Below, piece by piece: positions 59,070 through 64,000 of a DNA stretch of 64,000 nt. The DNA is from an uncultured Thermoproteaceae archaeon (lineage in GTDB: Archaea; Thermoproteota; Thermoprotei; Thermoproteales; Thermocladiaceae): the NCBI GenBank assembly GCA_964575955.1, contig CAZNTG010000007.1, positions 1 through 64,000 on the forward strand, read 5' to 3'. The first letter of the stretch is position 1; the number at the start of each line of letters is the position of its first letter. The position numbers and the translations under genes are program-made. The notes beneath the pieces were generated by a model that saw only the letters and a program-made list of their open reading frames with translations, did not search any database and was not told where the DNA came from.

Positions 59070-59273
59070 ATGAGAATATATAAATGTTCATTCTGTGGAG
59101 CACCAATACCACCAGGATTTGGAATAACATATGTTAAGAAGGATGGTACAATATTGAGATTTTGTAGTAGAAAATGTTTTGTAAGTATGATAAAGTTTAA
59201 ACGTGATCCAAGAAAGCAGACATGGGTCAGGAAGATGCAGAGAAAAATGAAAGCTCAACAAGCTAAAAAGTAA
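59070..59273 (+). CDS. rpl24e: 50S ribosomal protein eL24
   Basis: CSFCG..IPPG.G..YV..DG....FCS.KC, PRK..W. Confidence 0.96.
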   Translation: MRIYKCSFCGAPIPPGFGITYVKKDGTILRFCSRKCFVSMIKFKRDPRKQTWVRKMQRKMKAQQAKK

Positions 59274-59302
59274 TATAGGTAGACAATTTCTAGACTTACA
59301 AT

Positions 59303-60175
59303 ATGCCTACAATCAATGTAAGAATCTTAGAGAAGGAAGATAACTATTTGAAGATGGTTATTGAAGGTATAAGTCCTCCACTAATAAATGCCTTGAGAAG
59401 AGTATTAATTTCAGATGTTCCATGTCTAGCAATTGATGAGGTTGTAATTCTAGATAATACGTCTGTGATGTTTGATGAAGTTCTTGCACATAGATTAGCA
59501 TTAATACCATTAAAGACTAATTTGAAGAAATTTCCAAAGATTGAAGAATGTGAAGAAGGTCTTGTAGATCAGTCACAATGTTCTGCAAGACTTACACTAC
59601 AGGTAGAGGCTAGAGAACCAACAATAGTGTATAGTAGAGATTTGAAGAGTGATGATCCAGATGTAGAACCTGTATATCCTGACATACCCATAGTCAAGCT
59701 TGGTAAAGGTCAGAGAATTGTTCTTGAAGCAATAGCTAGACTTGGAAGAGCTAGAGAACATGTTAAATGGCAGGCATGTCTAGCAGCATACTACTACTAT
59801 CCTAAGGTCATTATAGTGAATAGTAGTGATAAGAAGTGTTATGACATGTGTAAAGATATATGTCCTGATGCTCTAGATTGGAATGATAATGAGGGTATGA
59901 AGGTTAAAGATGTTGAAAAATGTACTTTTAATAGATGGAAGACATGTGAACATGTATGTGAAGGATCCATAAAGGTTGATTGGGAAACTAACAAGTATGT
60001 GTTTTGGATAGAATCTTTTGGAAATATGTCAATGAGAGATCTTATTGAAGAAGCTTTTAGAATATTGAAGAAGAAGTTTGAAGATTTTGTAGAGATTTTA
60101 GATATAGAGGTGTTGAAGTACACTACATTGAAGGAAGAAAAGACTACCAGTGTAAGTACTAGTGAGGAGGGTTAG
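59303..60175 (+). CDS. rpoD: DNA-directed RNA polymerase subunit D (Rpo3) with ferredoxin-like domain
   Basis: NALRR, NTSVMFDE.LAHRL.LIP, IPIVKL..GQ, EH.KW, ESFG. Confidence 0.95.
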   Translation: MPTINVRILEKEDNYLKMVIEGISPPLINALRRVLISDVPCLAIDEVVILDNTSVMFDEVLAHRLALIPLKTNLKKFPKIEECEEGLVDQSQCSARLTLQVEAREPTIVYSRDLKSDDPDVEPVYPDIPIVKLGKGQRIVLEAIARLGRAREHVKWQACLAAYYYYPKVIIVNSSDKKCYDMCKDICPDALDWNDNEGMKVKDVEKCTFNRWKTCEHVCEGSIKVDWETNKYVFWIESFGNMSMRDLIEEAFRILKKKFEDFVEILDIEVLKYTTLKEEKTTSVSTSEEG

Positions 60176-60592
60176 TTAAGACTTTGATTGGAGATTGAAT
60201 GGTTTACCCTCCTTCAATATCTTATCTGCAAGTTCAGGAGCTATACTTCTCAACTTATCCTGTATAGATTGTAGAAATTCTACATCTTCTTTAACACTTC
60301 TTAAATCATCTGGAAGTAGTATTGGTATCTCCTCCTTAATAGGATACCATCTTCCACATTCAGGACAGTACAATATTCCTGTTACAACTTCCTTCTTAAT
60401 ACATTCTTCACACGGTGCATCTTTTATATCTTTAATATACTTTCTCAAAAGTCCACAATATTCTTCACAAAATGGTTTCTTTTCCCACTCATACTTCCTC
60501 TCAGGATACTCTTTCTCTTCTATAACTATGAGTGTTAATGGAAATTTTTTGTCATATGGACATGCAAGTATGTCTAACAATCTGTACTTCAT
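60176..60592 (-). CDS. Trm112-family protein
   Basis: LLDILACP.DK.FPL, G.L.CPECGRWYPI.E.IP.LLPD. Confidence 0.92.
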   Translation of the reverse strand: MKYRLLDILACPYDKKFPLTLIVIEEKEYPERKYEWEKKPFCEEYCGLLRKYIKDIKDAPCEECIKKEVVTGILYCPECGRWYPIKEEIPILLPDDLRSVKEDVEFLQSIQDKLRSIAPELADKILKEGKPFNLQSKS

Positions 60593-60681
60593 CCTCTATC
60601 TAGTAAATGTTCAGACTTTTAAGGTATTGTGCACTTGTTAAAGCATGTAATATACATATTTAAATATCAGCTTTCTACCAT

Positions 60682-61896
60682 GTGATATATATGCTTAGGG
60701 TAGCTCTAGGATATCTAGCAGTATTTGCTGAACAGAGTAGGAATGTTACTCAAAATCCACTATACACATATTATGGTGGTGGAAATAGTTTTTGGTGGTT
60801 TCTATTTTGGCTAGCACTATTCTTCATACTTCCATTCCTATTTGGAGACTACTATCAACTTCTAAGACTATCAGGAACTATCAACAGACTACTTGTTGAT
60901 CTTGGTAGAGTTTTAAATCAAAATATTGCTAATGTAGTTTCAACTATAGAAAATATTGCACGTAGAAAAAATATATCAACTCCAAATAGGTCAGAAATTG
61001 AGAATAGAATTAAGGATATGATAGAGTATGTTGTAATAACACCAACACAGATAGAACCTCAAGGTTTAGTATCAAAACTTAAACATCTGATAATACTGTA
61101 CGATCATAGACTTGAAGAGCTTGTTAGAAGGATAATTCCTGTAGATAAACCTATAATTCAAAATCTTGCAAGCAGTATTGAAGCATTGAGAGTATTGAAC
61201 TACATATACAAGATAATAATGCACTACTACAAACTTGGTATGAAATATAAGAACCCATACCTACTACTGCAAGTATACATGGCATTACCACAAATTAAAG
61301 AGTTTGTAAATGCTCTAAATGGTGCAATATCAGCATTTACAAAAGGACAACCTATAGGTGATAGTGCTGGACCATTAACAGCATATAAGTTTCTGAAAGA
61401 GAAGTGTGAAGAAGTTGAACCGCTAAACCACTCTATAGAGAATACATACATAGCAAGATGTAGATATAGGAACAAGACTGTATATATTATAAAGGCTCTA
61501 GGACCAGGTTCGAACACTGGTAGACTTGATGATGCTGTTATATATCTAGTAGAGAGATGTGGTGTTAAGCCTAAGATGATCATAACTGTAGATGCTGCAT
61601 TAAAACTTGAAGGTGAGAAGACTGGATCAATAGCTGAAGGTATTGGTGTTGCTATTGGTGGTATTGGTGTTGAGAAGTTTAATATTGAAACTATAGCAGC
61701 TAGATATGGAATACCACTATATGCAATACTGATAAAGATGGGTGTTCCTGAAGCTTTAACATTAATGAATAAAGATATTGCAGAAGCTACTAGTAAAAGT
61801 GTTGAAAGAATTTGTAGAATTATAGATGAAAATGTTAGAGATAACGAAGAAGTTATATTAATTGGAGTTGGTAATACTATAGGTGTAGGTCAGTGA
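60682..61896 (+). CDS. DUF1512-family membrane-anchored protein
   Basis: PIGDSAGP, KA.GPG..TG, VDAALKLEGEKTG..AEG.G.A.GG.G.EK, GVGNT.GVGQ. Confidence 0.85.
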   Translation: MIYMLRVALGYLAVFAEQSRNVTQNPLYTYYGGGNSFWWFLFWLALFFILPFLFGDYYQLLRLSGTINRLLVDLGRVLNQNIANVVSTIENIARRKNISTPNRSEIENRIKDMIEYVVITPTQIEPQGLVSKLKHLIILYDHRLEELVRRIIPVDKPIIQNLASSIEALRVLNYIYKIIMHYYKLGMKYKNPYLLLQVYMALPQIKEFVNALNGAISAFTKGQPIGDSAGPLTAYKFLKEKCEEVEPLNHSIENTYIARCRYRNKTVYIIKALGPGSNTGRLDDAVIYLVERCGVKPKMIITVDAALKLEGEKTGSIAEGIGVAIGGIGVEKFNIETIAARYGIPLYAILIKMGVPEALTLMNKDIAEATSKSVERICRIIDENVRDNEEVILIGVGNTIGVGQ

Positions 61897-62192
61897 CAAG
61901 TCTAGACTTGGTAATACTATACTTCACAAGTATAACTATCTGTGCAATAATAGTTCTAATATTCATAACATACTTCTTCATGAGAAAACATGTACTAATG
62001 CCACAACCCGTTGAGCTAGTAACAACAAAAGCAGTAACAGTACTAAAATGTCCATTATGTGATTATAGACTTAGAAGAGGATTCAGAGAAGGTGATCATA
62101 TTGGTGCAATATCATCAGAGACCTGTCCAATACATGGTGCTAATCTAGTTGTTGAAGCAGTATATTGTGAGACAGAAGAAAAGAAAGAATGA
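61893..62192 (+). CDS. small membrane-anchored Zn-ribbon protein
   Basis: N-terminal TM; CPLC..R.FREGD....CP.H; overlaps the DUF1512 stop. Confidence 0.7.
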   Translation: MTSLDLVILYFTSITICAIIVLIFITYFFMRKHVLMPQPVELVTTKAVTVLKCPLCDYRLRRGFREGDHIGAISSETCPIHGANLVVEAVYCETEEKKE

Positions 62193-62228
62193 CAAGACTT
62201 ATCAAGTAGAGATTTCAATTAATGAAGG

Positions 62229-63515
62229 ATGCTTAAGCAGATATCTGAAGTATTGAAATATTGTGAAGATGGTGATATAGTACAGGTTAGAGGTTGGGTA
62301 TATAGGAAGAGAGAGTTTAGAGATAAGGTATTCATAGTCATTAGAGATGGTGAAGGTATAATTCAGGCAGTGTTCTCTGGAGATTTAGCTGAAGAAGCTA
62401 GAAAGTTGAATATCGAATCCTCAATAATTATTGAAGGTATTGTTAAGAATGAGCCTAGAGCACCTGGAGGTAAGGAGATTCATGTAACTAAGATACTGTG
62501 GTATTTTATTGGAGAACCATTTCCAATAAATGTATCTGCCGCACAGACAGACTCTGAATATCTTCTAGATGTTAGACATCTATGGATTAGAAGTAGAAAG
62601 ATGTGGGCTATATTGAGAATACGTCATACAGTATTTCAAGCAATACATGAATACTTTAGAAAGAATGGTTTTTATGAAGTTCAATGTCCAATATTCGTAT
62701 CTGCAGCAGTCGAGGGAGGAGCAACACTCTTTCCTGTACAGTATTTCGATAGGAAAGTCTACTTAACTCAAAGTGCTCAATTCTATCTAGAAGCAATGAT
62801 ATTTACATTAGAGAAAGTGTATACAATAGCTCCAAGCTTTAGAGCAGAACCATCAAGAACTAGAAGACATTTAACAGAATTTTGGCATGCAGAAGCTGAG
62901 ATGGCTTGGGCACATATGGAAGATGTTATGAAAGTTTCTGAAGAACTTGTAAGTCATATTGTTAGGAAAGTTCTTGATGAGAGAATTGAAGAACTTTCAA
63001 TACTTAAACGTGATATTGAGAAGCTTGAAAATGTTAAACCACCATTTCCAAGAGTACAGTATGATGAGGCTATTGAAATATTGAAGAATAGAGGTCTAAA
63101 TATTGAATGGGGTTCTGACCTTGGTGCTGATGAGGAGAGAGTATTAATGGAGTATTTTGATGTTCCTATACACCTTTACGGATTTCCAGAACATATAAAA
63201 GCATTCTACCATAAGAATGATCCAAACGACCCTAAGAGAACTCTATCCGTAGATGTTCTAGCTCCTGAAGGTTATGGTGAGATTATTGGTGGTGGTGAGA
63301 GAATCGAAGATCCTGAAATGCTTATTGAGAAGATTAAGAGATTTGGTCTAAATCCTGAAGATTATCAATGGTATATAGATCTTAGAAGATATGGATCCGT
63401 ACCTCACGCAGGTTTTGGACTTGGAGTTGATAGACTTGTAATGTGGATTTGTGGTCTTGACCATATTAGAGATGCAGTACCATTTCCAAGAGATATTAGA
63501 AGAGTAACACCTTAA
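62229..63515 (+). CDS. asnS: asparaginyl-tRNA synthetase
   Basis: RGWV, RHLWIR, EGGATLF, LTQSAQ.Y, FRAEPSRTRRHLTEFWH, GEIIGG.ER, PH.GFGLG. Confidence 0.93.
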   Translation: MLKQISEVLKYCEDGDIVQVRGWVYRKREFRDKVFIVIRDGEGIIQAVFSGDLAEEARKLNIESSIIIEGIVKNEPRAPGGKEIHVTKILWYFIGEPFPINVSAAQTDSEYLLDVRHLWIRSRKMWAILRIRHTVFQAIHEYFRKNGFYEVQCPIFVSAAVEGGATLFPVQYFDRKVYLTQSAQFYLEAMIFTLEKVYTIAPSFRAEPSRTRRHLTEFWHAEAEMAWAHMEDVMKVSEELVSHIVRKVLDERIEELSILKRDIEKLENVKPPFPRVQYDEAIEILKNRGLNIEWGSDLGADEERVLMEYFDVPIHLYGFPEHIKAFYHKNDPNDPKRTLSVDVLAPEGYGEIIGGGERIEDPEMLIEKIKRFGLNPEDYQWYIDLRRYGSVPHAGFGLGVDRLVMWICGLDHIRDAVPFPRDIRRVTP

Positions 63516-63516
63516 C

Positions 63517-64000
63517 CTACAATATCTCGATAGTTCTACTCAAAATTCTAGCAATTATAAACAGTCCAAATGCCATCAATGTAAGTACTAGACAGGCAAG
63601 CCATCCAAGCATCACTACTTTACTTAAAGCTGCTCTAGCTGCAGCATATATAAACACTGTCAATGGTACAGGTGCTACAGATGTTAATGGATGATATATC
63701 CATGGTCCCCATGAGAGTTTTACTGTTACATGAGCAACAATGAGTAGTGGTCCTGTCTCACCAAGAACTTTAGCAATACTAATCATCATATTTGCAATAA
63801 GTGCTCTCCATGCAGCTCTCGTAAGTACTTTAAGTGTTTGCCATCTAGATAGACCTAAAGCTACACATGTCTCCTTCAATTCTGCTGGTAGTGTTGAAAG
63901 TATATCACATGTCTGTATTGCTACATATGGAATTATTATGAATAGTAGGCTTAGTGAACTAAATATTGCAAGCTTCTCTTTTAAAGCTAGTATAAATGTT
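63517..64000 (-). CDS. phosphate ABC transporter permease (PstA-like), 5' part outside the window
   Basis: LKE...ALG..RWQ, A..LGETGPL, LT..IY motifs; frame continues upstream of 63879. Confidence 0.8.
   Translation of the reverse strand, partial: TFILALKEKLAIFSSLSLLFIIIPYVAIQTCDILSTLPAELKETCVALGLSRWQTLKVLTRAAWRALIANMMISIAKVLGETGPLLIVAHVTVKLSWGPWIYHPLTSVAPVPLTVFIYAAARAALSKVVMLGWLACLVLTLMAFGLFIIARILSRTIEIL

Noticed and set aside
36191-60175. atpK, rpl22, rpl24e and rpoD isolated from their usual operons
   Set aside because: Operon fragmentation is an established Thermoproteales trait; used only as a taxonomic clue
136-61583. Many short antisense ORFs in the track (e.g. 6953..7327, 20232..20591, 49955..50419, 52975..53541)
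   Set aside because: Shadow ORFs opposite well-supported genes, with Ser/Ile/Phe-rich composition and no motifs

Overview
AT-rich crenarchaeal chromosome segment, most consistent with Thermoproteales (Cren7, Rpo3, eL24, lone rpl22/atpK outside their usual operons, a non-canonical tRNA intron, many guide RNAs). It is mostly housekeeping genes, with three tRNAs (Ala-TGC, Leu-CAG, Trp-CCA with a 30/31 BHB intron), nine box C/D guide RNA genes read directly from the sequence, and one K-turn/ACA RNA candidate. Accessory content: (1) a cooF-cooS-like / group 4 [NiFe]-hydrogenase operon in which the CooS homologue lacks the pendant-Fe ligands and catalytic His/Lys but keeps the cubane Cys ligands, with no membrane subunits or cooC in the operon (the strongest candidate for an undescribed system); (2) a large Hrq1/YprA-like helicase between two decayed paralogous ORFs, converging on an orphan nurA-herA pair; (3) a GC-richer type III-B (Cmr) + Csx1 cassette with no array, cas6 or cas1/2, with cmr3 split at an A9 run, and an integrase remnant abutting a C/D sRNA. 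All family assignments come from motif recognition by eye, and RNA targets from recalled rRNA/tRNA consensus; no searches were run.
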